Assembly: GCA_050084985.1 (NCBI GenBank)
Contig: JBITNC010000001.1
Location: 112,406,001 to 112,470,000, forward strand
DNA: 64,000 nt
From: Nageia nagi
Taxonomy: Eukaryota > Plantae > Pinophyta
Direction of reading: 5' to 3'
Below the pieces are notes generated by a model. It did no database searches. It saw only the letters and a program-made list of their open reading frames with translations, and had not been told where the DNA came from. The position numbers and the translations under genes were made by a program. This document shows, piece after piece, positions 39,210 to 53,397 of this stretch; within the stretch, counting starts at the first letter, position 1, and each line of letters begins with the position of its first letter.

Positions 39210-41386
39210 GTCTATTAGGTTAGATGAATAATTAAATATTTATATATCTTGTTATTAGAATAAATGAAAAAATATATGAACATATATTTTAAGTTACATT
39301 CAAAGGTAAATTCCTTTTGTATTCATTTTAATCTTATGGATAATTAGGTTTTTCACTTCAATTGTGCAATGAAAACATTAAAGACATAAATAAATAAAAT
39401 AATCAATATGACAATCATTTCATATGACAGGATTACTTTTTATTTCATTTCATTCAATAGTTTTTACACATAAAAATTCAATTTACCCATTTACACATAA
39501 AAGATATTTCCATTCAATTCAACAATTCAATTTATTTATAAAAATAATGAAGTGTTGTTATTTTAAAGTCATGTGCTTTATTAATAAACATTCAAATAAA
39601 TTTTAATAAAGATTTATCTAAAATATTATGAAATTTTAAAATATATATTGATGATGATCAAGAAGATATAAGTTACATGATGAGAAATAGTTTATACACA
39701 CAATTAATATCACCATCCAATCTAACAAGGCTATTTCAATTAATAAAAATAAACAAGTGTTATCAATCTATTTTTTTTCATTTGCTTTAATGATAAGCAT
39801 TTAAATAAATGATAATAAAGATTTCCATAGAACATTATGAAATTGTAAAATATATATCGATGATAATCAAGAAGATATAACTTACATAACAAGAAATATT
39901 TTTTATTTATAAAATTGATATCAACATCCAATCCAACAATTTAGTTTAATCATTACAACATGTAGTTTTTTCTTCTATATAATTTTAAATGAACATAGTT
40001 TTGAATTCTAAAAATTTGAAATAAATAACGTTAAATATATTATGAATGTATCATGTATAATATTTTCAGTAGGCATGAATACAAGATCTAAGAGCATTTA
40101 TTTGATTGGAATATTATAAGACACTTATTTTAAGTGTTTGATATTTATGAGCAAAGGTTGTAGGAAGATATCTTTTATTATGAAATTATATTTTACCACA
40201 AATAAAAAGTATCATTTTGTATAATTTATATTGACCACCCCATCCACAAAAAAATATGGAAGATAAAACTACATTTTGCTATATTTCTGTATCTTTGACA
40301 AGAAATAAGGCCATTATGCAATTTTGTTCTAAATCTTTGATGTTTTTCTAATATAGCATACGTTTCCATATTTATAAGTTTATCCAACATCAATTGGAAG
40401 CATAGACTTTGTTAGAGAAAAACTTTCTGAACAACATGATAGATAGTTTCAATTTAAATAGTTAGAGAAAAAAATCATACATTTAAAAAATAATCACTTA
40501 TTCTCATAGTAAAGATATCTATCACATTAAATGTATATAATTAAAATTTATGATTATACATCTAATCATTTACAAAGTCTAAGATATTTACTAAATGAAA
40601 TACGATAAACTTGATTGAATGTTTGAGATATAACATAAGAGATAATAAAAGGTATAAAAAAACTAACAAATATAATTTCAACTAAGGGATACCATGCATT
40701 AAAAATAAAATAAAATAAAAAATAAAAATAAAATAAAATAAAAATAAAAATTATGTACATAAAATATGAAAAATTATCATATTGTATGAGTTGATTAGAT
40801 GGAAATTCTAAGTGATATTGACATAAAAATTACCTTTACACATAAAAGATACCCTTACTTATATCCCTCAGATAAAAAATATTTTTCCCTATTCCTAAAA
40901 CACTACTTTAACTTGTCAAGTGTTGCAGATATGCCTTCTTTCCCTTTCGATATCTCTTAAGGACCAAGGGACATGAAGAAGTAGAGATCGAATTCCCCTA
41001 TACCTAAGACATTTGTGTTGGGTTCTTTAAAATTGCTATTATTGATTCTTGCATTATCAAAAATCAAATCAATTTTGAAATTCAAAAGTTTACTACTATC
41101 TCTTAAATTTGAAATACTATTCATGGCAAGAAGATTTAAAAAACATCTCATATCTTTCACATTTATTTTATCATGTGATTTATCTTTGTCATGTAATATC
41201 TCCTTTTTTTAACTTATGTTTTATCTTCGTAGGCATAGCAAAGATAGCCATAATCACTTATTGAGGAAGCTACATAATCTACACACCTATGTATTTCTCA
41301 ATGAAAGTGGCCTTTTATTCTTCAAAACTTTGCCTCTCTATGAGGTATTGCTTAAATTAGAAGAATGTGAAAGGCCTATAATGTCA
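39210..41386. repeat. Segmental-duplication block (parts repeated at 53408-54376 plus 60299-60620, 51350-52836 and 30779-31350)
   Basis: Colinear shared blocks such as ggttagatgaa..attaaata, ccattatgcaattttgttctaaatc and caagaagatttaaa. Includes an (AAAAT)n tract at 40701-40750. Confidence 0.88.
41279..41386 (-). pseudogene. 2OGD type-B 3'-terminal fragment (B2), cut by the Copia insertion
   Basis: Matches 52729-52836 (YRPFTF..FKQYLIE..EE*KATFIEKY) up to the LTR start. Confidence 0.88.
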
Positions 41387-44300
41387 TGAAAATGTTAATC
41401 TCCATTCCTAGGTATTACTTTTATTCTTAGAGCTCTATCTCCATTATCAAACATCACTTTTATTCTCCAAGCTCTATCTGCATTCTCGATCTTTACTATT
41501 ATTCTTTGAACTTTGTCTCCTTGCTCTAGAATTCCTTATGTGAGACCTAATTTCCAACATATGGGTCTTCATTTTCTAAGATTTGTTACACCCAATACTT
41601 ACTACATTTGGGATGTTTTACCTTTTAAGCTTTGGCTATTAATAGCACCTACTATTTTTTGTCAATGATGTCATAATTTTAAGCCTTGAACCTCAAGTTT
41701 TCTAACATTACATTTTTGTTCCTACACAACAACGTTCCTCTTGCTCTAAAACTTGGATTAACATTACAAAAAACTCTTTTTGAGACATTTATACCCTAGA
41801 ATTAAATGCTCAATCTCCAGCATTAATTTTTGAACATAAATATTAATTTATGTACGAGAATGGTTGAAAATTAATAAACCTTTTGCAACCATTTAATATT
41901 TTTTAGATGTTATGTAGACAAAAAGGGCGTGAGAGGGCTTCGGCTTCCTCTACCTTCTATATAATGAAAAAATGAGTACATGGAGTCCATGCTACATTTA
42001 AATTTTTTTTTACCAAGTTCCATGCATTTAATATTTTATCTTAGTATAAATATAGATAGCCTATGCATAAATAAGAAGAAGTAGAACAAGGGACATGTAT
42101 GTTTTTCTATTTAGCTCTAAGAGAGCCTTGAATTATTTTTTGCTTCTCTACAATACAAAAAAGATTTTGGTCTCTAATTTTTCTCACTATTTATTCTACC
42201 TATGATTAGCCTTATTGTATTTTGCCTACACATTATTATTTAATTTTCTTCAAAATATTCAATTGGTATCAAAGCGAGAGATTTATTGGGTTAAATGGAT
42301 TCAAAGCTAGGAAATTCATTGCAATTGCATATTTCAATTTTCAATGGAGACCAATATAATTACTAAAGCATCTAAATGAGGACATTTATTATCTCTCAAG
42401 ACCTATGAATATTTTCTTCCTAGGGTTTTTTGAACTTAGATGAAGTCTCCCTTATAGGCATGATGCCAGATGAGAAGAAAGAAGTGTTGGAGAACCATAA
42501 GAAGGATGTCAAGGCATTGTTTACCATCTAGTATGGGATAGATGTGTCCATATTCTCAAAAATTGTAGAGTTTAAGACTTGTAAAGAGGCATAGGATATC
42601 TTGGAGATCGAATACAAAGGATCAACCAAGGTTCAAGTGGTAAAGCTCTAGTTGTTAAGGAAGGAGTTCAAATCTCTCCATATGAGAGAAGAAGAGAATA
42701 TACATGTATTATTTCACAAGATTTAAGATATTGTAAATTCCCTTTATTCATATGATGAAGATATGGGAGATATGAAAATTATGGAAAAAGATGCTCTAGA
42801 GCTTGCCTAAAAGGTTTGATCCCATTAACACTATCATTGAAGAAGTGAAGGACCTATCCCAACTCATGCTTGTAGAGTTGTAGGGTAGTCTAACTACCTA
42901 TGAATATAAAAGTAGTGATAGAGTTGAGTCTTTGGACCAAGCATTCCAAGGATAGTTGAAAATGAAATGCCAAGAGCCCTCTTCATCAACTACTATTTTC
43001 TCTTCTTCATCCTATCATGGAAGAGGTGGATTATCACATGGAAGAAGTAGTAGTAGAGGTCGAGATAGCAAAAGAAGAGGTCATGGAAAAGGTAATTCTA
43101 AGGGAAAATCATAAGATGGTACCCCTAGATATTGGGACTTTTATAACAAAGATGGTTACACAAAATTACATTTCTAGAAGATGAATCACAAGCTCAAAGC
43201 TCACTATGTTGAAGATCAGGCTGAGAGCAACATGTTCCTCACCTGTAGTAATTTCTAAGCTAAAGAAGAAGATGTACGGTACCTAGATAGTGGATGCCCT
43301 AACCACATGACTAGAAATAAAGCCTTATTTATTAATATTAACACCAATATCATAGGCCAGGTTAGGTTTGGTGATAACAAAAGTGCCAACATCCACAGTA
43401 GAGGGACTATTATCTTTAAGTCTAAAGTTGGTAAGATATTTTATATGCATAACACTCTCTTTGTTTCCTAGCCTAAAGTATAATTTGTTAAGTATTAGTC
43501 AACTTAGTATAAGAGGATATATAACCACCTTCAAAAAGAAAGGGTGCACCATAGTAAATGAATCTACTAACTAGCTTATAGCCACCATCCATATGATTGA
43601 AAATAAGATGTATATGATCAGGATGACACCTGCAACAAGTTATTTAAAAGCATCGATTGATTATTCCTAGTTATGGCATAGGATATTTGGTCATTTAAAT
43701 TTTTACTTATTAAATGGTCTACAAAAATTTGTGAGATGCCATTCTACCATCTCCCATACACCTAGTGATATTTGTGAAAGTTGTATTGTAGGAAAGTAAC
43801 ACAAAGTGAAGTTTTTAAAGCACCAATATAGGGCCAAGTACCCTCTTCATCTAGCTACATGTAGACCTATGTGGATCAATGTAGAATCCTATCCAAGGTA
43901 GTAAGTCAAAATATATGTTATCTTTACTTATGACTTTTCTAAGATGAGCTAGCTTTATCTACTCTAAAACAAGTTTGACTCTTTTGAGGGTTATGTTAAA
44001 TTTATTCTCTTGTTGAAAAATAATTTAGCTATTTTGTTAAAAATTTTAGAACTAATAGAGCAAGATAATTCATTTCTAATGAATTTAATAATGCTTTCCA
44101 TTAGCATGGCATTGTTAGGAAATATACAACTACCTACACTCCATAGTAAAATGGAGTGGCTGAAAGGAAAAATCAAATAGTTGTTGAGATGGAAAGATGC
44201 ATGATGAAAGAAAAGGGACTTCCCACTAGTTTTTGGGGTGAAGTAATGCATACTACTATTTATATTCTAAATAGGTATCCCACTCAAGTTCTAAAGGATA

Positions 44301-47300
44301 ACACACCTTATGAAGCTTGGTTTGGTGTAAAGCAAAATATTTCTTATCTCTAGATATTTGACTCAGCCTATTTTATGCATATACCAAAAGAAAATATGAA
44401 AAAACTTGATGAGAAATCCATCAAATGCATTTTAGTAGGATACTCTCAAGCATACAAGGCTTATAGGTGTTATGATCCTCTAAGTGGCAAGGTTCACATC
44501 AGTAGAGATGTAATTTTTGAAGAAGGGGGCCTAACCAATCAAGAAAATGGTGCTAAAGACACCACTACTGAACTCCAACTTGATGAAGATTATGAACCTT
44601 ATCACATTACTACACTTGCTACTCATCAACCTTCATCACCATCTTCACCAGCCACCAGCTCACCAAAGTAGGCATAATCAAACTAGTTTCCTATTATTCA
44701 TACTCCATGAGCCAAAAATATTTGGACAATTGATCGCTATCATCCTCCATCATTGATGTTTGATAAAGAGCTCTTCAAAAGAATCACTTGATGACAAACC
44801 AAAGATAGAAATAAAGAGGTAAATATCTCTTATGCATTAATATCTTCATTTTTTGAGTCTTCCTCATATAAAGAAGCTACTACTAAAGAGGATTGAAAGA
44901 AATCCATGGAGGATGAAATTGAGCAAATCCAAAAGAATGACACCTAGAAGCTTGTACCTACTCCCAAAGAGAATACAGTGATTGCTGTCAAGTGATTTCA
45001 TAAATTGAAGCATAATCCTACTGAGAGTATTGCAAAGTACAAAGCTGATCTTTTTGCTAAAGGATATGCTCAAAAGGAAGGGCTATATTATGATGAGAAT
45101 TTTACCTTAGTTTTCCAACTAGAAACTTTGAGATATTTTCTTACCCTTGCCTCTCATTTTGAATTGATATTCTATCATATGGATGTCAAATCCACTTTCC
45201 TTAATGTATATTAAAAGGAGGTTATTTATTTTAAGCAACCTAAAGGACTTATTATTCCTAATCAAGAAGATAAGGTGTATAAACTTAAAAAGGCTCTTTC
45301 TGGCCTTAAACAAGCACCCTAGGCATGGTACAACAAGATTAATGGTTATCTTTACAAAAATAGTTATCAAAGATGCTCAATAGAAAGTACATTGTACACA
45401 AAAGTTAAAGGTAGTGACTTCTTTATTCTATGCTTGTATGTTGATGATATCATTTTTACTAGCATCTCTAATGCTATGATAGACCAATTTAAAGATGTTA
45501 TGATCACTAAATTTGAGATGAATTATTTTCTTGGCATACAATTCAAGTAATCCTCTAGTGGCATTTTGATCACTCAATCCAAATATGTGGAAGATCTATT
45601 GGCCCACTTTAAGATGCAAAATAATAGCCCCATTGATACACCAGCTATTTTTGGAGCAAAGCTATTGAAGGAGGACTCCTCTCCACATTTTGATGCAACT
45701 ATGTACTAATCCTTAATAGGTAGTCTTATGTATCCCACTACTACCATGCTATACATCATATTTGCTATCAATAGAGTAGCTCAATTCATGCATTCATCAT
45801 ATCAAATGTATTAGATTATAGCCAAGTGGATCCTATGCTATGTGAAAGGTGCATATCATTATGGAATCTAGTATAAATCCTCATACCAAGCAATTTTATA
45901 GGCCTATACAAATGCTAATTTGGTTAGATGTCTTAATGACTAGAAGAGCACATTAGGGTATGGATTCTTCTTTGGAGAATATTTGGTCTCATGTATAGTG
46001 AAAACTAATCCATTATTGCACTTGGGTAAGTGCAAGAAGATGTCCCACTTTGGAGGAACTCTTATGAATTGCTAAGTTTTTGTATTTGTTTAACAAATTT
46101 TTATTTTTTTAGAATTTTGAAAAAACATATATGTGCATAACTTGCATCCAATTCTTCACAAGTTAAATTAAAAATAAATTAAAAGTGATAAGTTTTATTC
46201 AAATTATGCTTCTCAAAGATGAGCATTTTTTGAAATGATAATCTCAGCCAATGAAAAATAAACTATTCATGAAAAAAATACAAAACAATATCCTCCATTG
46301 TGTTTAATGTCTTAGGTATCATTAACCAAAAGGATTTTAAAAAATATTTTAATTTCAATCCAATTATGATTAACAAACATGATGGGTGTGGTGCTAAAAT
46401 TGTATTTTTTAAACGAGTTTTGTATTTATTTAATAATTTTTTTAATTTTTTTGGAATTATGATAAAAATAATATATATGCACAATCTACATACAACTCCT
46501 CATGAGATAAACAAAACAAATAAAAAATGATAAGTTTAAGTCAAATTATGCATGCTAGACATGAGCAATTTTTGAAATGATAGTCACAATCAATAAAAAA
46601 ATAAACATTCATAAAAAATTGGAAAAAATATCCCCCATAATCTTAAGTAGCTTAGGTATCTTTAGCTAAAAGGATTTTAAAATATATTTTAATTTAGGTC
46701 CAATCGTGCTTGCCAGACACAATGGTGGTATGGTCTTAAGACTGTATTTTTTAAATAATGGCTTTTAAACATGCCTACCAAATATTAATTTTTATCATCC
46801 AAGTATTAGAATAAATTACATATTTGAAAACTAGACTTTGAGAACTACATTTTTACCAATGTGACCTTTTTCAATAATCAAACTCTAAGTACTTCAAATT
46901 TTGAAATCAAGTATGAGCAAACCTAAAAATCAAGTCAAACACTTCTACTTTTTGATCAAAAGTCAAACTCATCTTCTTGTACTTACCCATTTTTATCAAC
47001 TAAAGCTGAGTATCTTGCTACATTTTTCATTTGTACACAATTCATTTGGATTGGTCATTTGTTTAAAGATTTGGCCATGGATATTGAGGTTCCCATTTCA
47101 TTGCACTATGATAATCTTAGCATGATTGCCATGATTAAGAACCTCATGTTTCATAGTAGGATAAAATACATTGACATATGTCATCATTTTATGAGAGATT
47201 TGGTTGAATATGGCTTTATCTAGTTTCACCACTCTCCTACTAATGCTCAAAGTGCAAACATCTTCACAAAGCCATTCCCAAGTATCATTTTTACTACCTT

Positions 47301-48331
47301 CCACGCCATCTTGGAGTCCAAACCTTAGACATTTGGGGGGTAATTGTTGGAAAACCTTTACAAAAATAAGGTACTAGATGGACTCTATATATATTTCATA
47401 TGTATTTTACTTTCTTTTGTTTGTATTTGTATTGTTGGCCAACAAAGTAAATGATATCATTTTGTCATGGAGATTAAGGGGATGATTGAAAATGTTAATC
47501 TCCATTACTAGACATTACTATAATTCTTCAAGCTCTATCTCCATTCTTGGACATCACTTTTAGTCTTCAAGCTCTACCTTCATTCCTCAAAGTTACTATT
47601 ACTCTCTAGGATCTATCTCCTCGCTTTGAGACTTCCTTATCCAAGACCTAATTTCCAACATACAAGTCTTCTTTTTCTAGAATTTGTTGCAACTAAGACA
47701 TACTAGATACAAGACTTTTTACATTCTAAACTTTGGCTATTATGAGCACCCACTATTTAGAGTGGATGACATCATCCTTTTAGGCCTTGGACCTTGGGTC
47801 TTCTTACAATTCATTTTTGTTCCTCCACTACAACATTCCTCTTACATTGAAACTTGGATTAACATTATAAAAAACACTTTTAAGAGAAATCTACCCTGAA
47901 ATTAAATGCTTAATCTCCAACATTGATTTCTAAATTTTGATATTAGTTTTTGTACAAGAATGGTTGAAAATTAATCAACATTATATAACCATTTAATATT
48001 TTTCAAATGTTGTGAGGACATAAAGGGCATGAAAGGGTATGGGCTTCCTCTACCTTCTATAGAACAAACAATTAGATGCATGTATTGAGCCTATGCTACA
48101 TTTAATTTTGTTTTTGACCAAGATTAATGCATATATTATTTTATCTTAGTAAAAAAATAATTACCCAATGCATAAATAAGAATAATTAGAACAAGATACA
48201 TGTATGTTTTGTTGTTTAGCTCCAAGAGAGCCTTAAATTACTTTTCGCTTCTCTACAATAAAAACATTGGTCTCCAATTTTTCTCATTATTTTTTTTTTC
48301 CATATCTAGCCTTATTGTATTTTGGCTACAT
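41387..48331 (+). mobile_element. Decayed Ty1/Copia LTR retrotransposon: 5' LTR 41387-42261, PBS 42264-42275, gag-pol ~42295-47325, PPT ~47474-47485, 3' LTR 47487-~48331 (end clipped)
   Basis: Both LTRs start TGAAAATGTTAATCTCC; PBS TGGTATCAAAGC. Domain order: gag (IFNGDQYNY*SI*M), PR (YLDSGCPNHMT), LWHRIFGHLN, INT (GVAERKN), RT (AKGYAQKEG, MDVKSTFLN, LKQAPRAWY, LYVDD), RH (STKAEY, HSRIKYIDI). Many stops. Confidence 0.95.
46024..46988. mobile_element. Non-autonomous TIR DNA element (~965 bp) inserted in the Copia RNase H
   Basis: TIRs GGGTAAGTGCAAGAAGATG / CATCTTCTTGTACTTACCC (18/19 match). Splits the IIAL|xSTKAEY motif. Flanks ACTT and ATTT. Confidence 0.9.
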
Positions 48332-51190
48332 AATACTAAATTCATTTTTGTAATACATTTTGTAGAACTTACCTATTTTCAATATAATTTTGATTTCTTT
48401 TGATTTATTTTTATTAGTGATTGAAGCCTTTAATTGTAAATCCATAAACTACTATTTAATAGAAATATAATTCATTTATTCCAAACTTATTAGAAGAAGT
48501 GGTAGCTTAAATCAAGGAGATTAAGAATGGAAAAATATAATGAAATGGAAGAATCATTATACATGAAAAATTAGAAAATAAGGAATACAAGAGCACAATA
48601 TAATATTTTAATATTAAGAAGTAGGTCTCTATTTGCATCTTTCATAATATAAACCTACTTCAATAACTTTAGAAATATCAAAATACATAATAGAAATGTT
48701 TATTTATATTACCAATTCTTCACAACCATTTATCACCATAATTCTCCTAATAAACCAATAACCAAGAATGGTAAAAATATTTTAGGTAATAAGGAAAAAT
48801 TATATAATCAAAAGGCATAGGGTTTTATTGAGATCTTAAAAACATGATCACGAAAATTGTTTCCAAAGGAGGAAATTGGTACCAAACTATACCTAGTGGT
48901 ATCAACAAATTAAGAGAAATAATTGCAAGATGTAGAAAAAATAATAATTCTATACAACTAAAAAATATAAATACTATCTAATATCTTCAATGGATATTGT
49001 CCACTACATATTTTGCTATAACTTTAAACCAAGAATGGAAGAATTACATCAAAATAAGTCAAATAATGTTTTTTTATAATATTTTATTTCTTTCATGGGT
49101 TCACATTACCTTGATAGCCTATTTTATTTTCTTGTTTATTTATTTCATTTTTTAAAAATAAATAATCTCGTTCTAATATTATATGCTTTTCTCACTAGCA
49201 CCTATTCAAACTCAGGCTAAATACATACAACCAATTCATATATCCATATAAGCTGAAAACCTAAAATAAGAAGTATATATATTCATGAAATGAAATGAAA
49301 GTTATGCAAATGAGAATCAATATTATATTTATATTATATAAAACTTATATCATTTTTTATAATAATCATATTTCAAAAAATCATATCCCTTTTAGTTAAA
49401 TGATTCAAAAATTCTAATCTTTTGAATTAGAAAAAAAGTCAAATTCATGTGAGATAACTATAAGAGATCTTTATAAAATATCATTGTCAACCTTAATTAT
49501 AAATAAATTTCATTAAAAACATGTTAAATGTATTCCAAGAATGTAGTTAAATATAATTTAGGGCAAAATTTTGATTAAATTTATGCAAAAAAGTAGCCAT
49601 TATGAAACATGGAGAGCTAAAAGCTTATACCTAAACCACTAAAAACTTGGACCACTATGGTCATGAGGGTTAATCCTGATGATATTGTTCCTAAGAAATT
49701 GGAGATAAGAATAATTGAGATTGTGGCTAGGCTTACCATTGTCAAGGATATTTTAGATAATTTAAGGGATAAGTAAAGGAATACTTTGATCAAATGCTTC
49801 ATTTCACTAATATCAAACTTAGATCATATTAATCACTGAACTAGTAAACATTGTAAAGTATCTCGATAAGTTGATATGGTTGCCTTCCCTCATGAATTTT
49901 TAGTCTTTATTTTCATAAGTGCATAAGACATGAACAAGGTTATGAAGTTGGGCCCTTCATTTCTAGGTTAGAAGGTGCCACTTTTAAAGTTTTGGCATGC
50001 TAGTTACTATCTTAAGAAGGATAACATTTATGTTGCTCTTGTATGGGTCAATTTACCTAGTTTACCATCATATTATTTGGATATAAGTATGATTATTTGA
50101 ATTACAAATATATTAGAATTATTATTCTTAATTGAAAAAAATAACTAGAATTGAGAATAGAATGAAGGAAGCTGAGTTTTACATTTACATTGACATTACG
50201 AAGGAATTAAGGTAAAATATCCATGTTGAGGAGGAAGATGGAGAAACTTGAGAACAATTAATAATTTATGAATATATGCCTATTAGTTATAGCATATGTA
50301 ACAAATTTGATTATTATGCCAAGGAATGTTTGGATAAGAAGGAGAAATAGAAGATGGAAGTCCATGAGTCGTAGAAGAGTAAAATACCCATTTGCAAAGG
50401 AATCAAGGATTCTAGAGAAATGAATGATTTCAAATAAATACAAGTGAAGGAAATTTTAAAATTTTGACCACTTATGAATGTAGGAAACTATTTCATCATT
50501 TGAATCCAAATGAAGGTATTAAAATAGGTAAAATTATAGAGTAAGAGAGTTTCCATTGTAATTATTAGTGTAAAAATAATAACTAGCGATGACAAAATGG
50601 AGGAAGACAAAAGTAGGAAGTGACAAAGAAGTGAAGTAGGAAATATAAAAATTAAAGAGATAGATAAAGATAGGTCATTAAGAGGTGATGGAGAAATAGG
50701 AAAATATTAAGAAATGGAGGTTGATGATGGAAAGACACCTCCCACAAGAAGACATTTTGATAATACAATGACAAAGGTATAATATATAGGTAAAGGACAT
50801 ATTGGGAGGATGCCAAATTATGAATGAAGAATATAACTAAGTATATTACCAATAAAACATAATGCACTCTAGAAAAGAGTAATGGTTGCAAGGTCCCATG
50901 TGGTACTCAATGATTATTCTTAGTTAAAATATATGAGGATGTAATACCCAAAATAGGTAGAGGATCATCAAGTTCATATAAAGGGAAGTTCGTATAGATT
51001 TGTTATTTATATAAGATATAAAGATGAAGAAGGATAAGGTGGTAGAAGTGAAAAAGAAAGTTTTAAAGGGAGTATATTTTTTTTGGGGAGAATACAATTC
51101 CCTTTCAATGGATCTATTTATATTATGAAACTCGACTATTATTAAAGGTACTCCCTTCTCAAATACATCTAATAGATATCATCATTCACA
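48332..51190 (+). repeat. Segmental duplicate of ~33140-35900 (non-coding block plus L1 ORF1 remnant)
   Basis: Colinear throughout, e.g. aatactaaattca, ttccaaaggaggaaa, gttgggcccttcat, gtatgggtcaatttaccta. Confidence 0.92.
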
Positions 51191-52728
51191 TAGGAGGATA
51201 ACTAGAAGAAGATGGGTCCATGAAATGGTAAAAAAGTGGATTTATTTTCCTTGATTTTCAGATTTGGTCATAATTGAACTCAACCTTTGAAGCCCTTGGA
51301 GTTGGAATCTTGAAAAATGTCACTAGGATGAAAATGTCAATAAGAAAATAATTGATGACTTTTTTCTTAGATCTACATATTTGATAATCAATAATACCAT
51401 TATGCAATTTTGTTCTAAATCTTAGATATTTTTCTAAATATATAACATACATTTCCATATTTCTAAGTTTATCGAACATCAATTGAAAGCTATTTCTAGT
51501 AACATAATAGTCTTGTTTAGAAAAGCATAGACTTTGTGTGTGGGAAGGAAAAGATTGGAGAATAGTTGCATAAGTGGCACCAAATAGAATTTTTATATTT
51601 TAAGTTGTCTCCTTGGATTGATACCACCGTTGTTCTTATGATATTATATATGTTACCAATGGCTTTGATGTAGCCATCTATCTCTTTTTCACAGGATTTA
51701 TAGCTCCATAACATGAATGCACAAGAACTTTTGAAATTATTTGCAATGTTTAAGATGTGTTTTGTAGAAAACATATTGTATAAGGGAAACAATAACATGA
51801 TTTTAACATTTTTAATTTATTCAAACATATTAATAGCCTATGCTCACTAGTAAGCAATGAAAACTTCATGAACATCATGATAGGTAGTTTCAATTTAGAT
51901 AGTTAGAGAAAAATATCATACATTTTAAAAGTAATCACTCATTTTCAAACTAAAGATATTTATGACATGAAATGTATATAATTAAAATTTACGATGATAC
52001 ATCTAATCATTTACGAAGTCTAATATATTTAGTAAATAAAAGATGATAAACTTGATTGAATGTTTGAAATATACCATAAGAGATAATAGATGGTATACAA
52101 CAACTAATAAATATAATTTAAACTAAGAGATAGCATGAATTAAAAATAAAAATAAAGTAAAAATAAAATTAAAAATTATGTAGATAAAATTATCATATAG
52201 TATGAACGGATTAAATGGATATTGTAAGTAAATTTGACATAAAAAATACCTTTACACATAAAAGATATCCTTACCTATTTCCACTCACATAAAATTTATT
52301 TTCCACCATTCCTAAAAACAAAATGATGCTCCTCCTCCGCACCCAAAAAATTCTACTTTACCTTGTCAAGTATTGACGATGTGCCTCCCAGCCCTTTCGA
52401 GCTCTCCTAAGCACTAAGGGATGTGAAGAAGAGATCCAATTTCCCTCCGCCCAAGACATTTGTGTTGGTTTCTTTTAAAACCTCTCTTATCGATTCTCTC
52501 ATTATCAAAAATCAAATTAATTTTGAAATTCAAATGCTTACTACTATCTCTTAAATTTGAAATATTATTCATGGCAAGAAGATTTAAAATAATATCTCGT
52601 ATCCTTCACATTTACTTTATTATATGAATTATCTTTATCATGTAATATATCCTTTTTTTTAACTTATGTTTTTCCTTGCTATGTCTAGGAGACATAGCCA
52701 TGATCACTTGTCGAGGAAGCTACATAAT

Positions 52729-53397
52729 CTACGCACATGCGTATCTCTCAATGAAAGTGGCCTTTTCTTCTTCAGAATTGTGCATCTCTATGAGATACTG
52801 CTTAAATTGGGAAAATGTTAAAGGCCTATAACGTCGTGCATTCTGGTCGTCAACCAGTTCAGGAGGTGCCCAAATCTCTTTCTCATTTGGAAAATAAATA
52901 GAATAACCTAGCGATATGAGATCCATCCACCCGTTGAGGACAACTCGGTGCTCCACGCTGCGCTACCTTCTGTTGCTTCATGCGTGCACTCAACGAAGAT
53001 TACATTAATTTGTAACTACAAAACATTAGAAAAACCATGACAAGACTAACCGGTGTTGATAAGGAATGAGTTCAATAATGGCTTGATGTTCAACCATGTG
53101 CCTTCCTTTTGATCTAATCTGGAGGCCACCCTTGTTATCTTGGTAAAGGATAGTAATTCTCGATATCCAAGTCAAGACTTGCGAGAATAATTTGGTGATT
53201 GTTCGTACAAGATCTTTCTAGAAAAGCATGCACGTTTGAATAGTTTTGCTGGAATGGGATAGGAGCAATGAATTATATTTAACTTGTAAGATGAAAATAT
53301 GTTTATAAGCATAGGAAGACAACATATTAGAAAAATGGATTTCCTTTTTGTGGCCATATTTTACGAGACATTTGAAGGACTGAATCAGAATGACGTG
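52729..53397 (-). pseudogene. 2OGD type-B pseudogene copy B3 (best-preserved exon 3)
   Basis: Exon 3 reads SVEHRVVLNGWMDLISLGYSIYFPNEKEIWAPPELVDDQNARRYRP. The HxD segment is deleted, the 5' part of exon 1 is missing, W codons are mutated to stops and splice sites are damaged. Confidence 0.93.
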
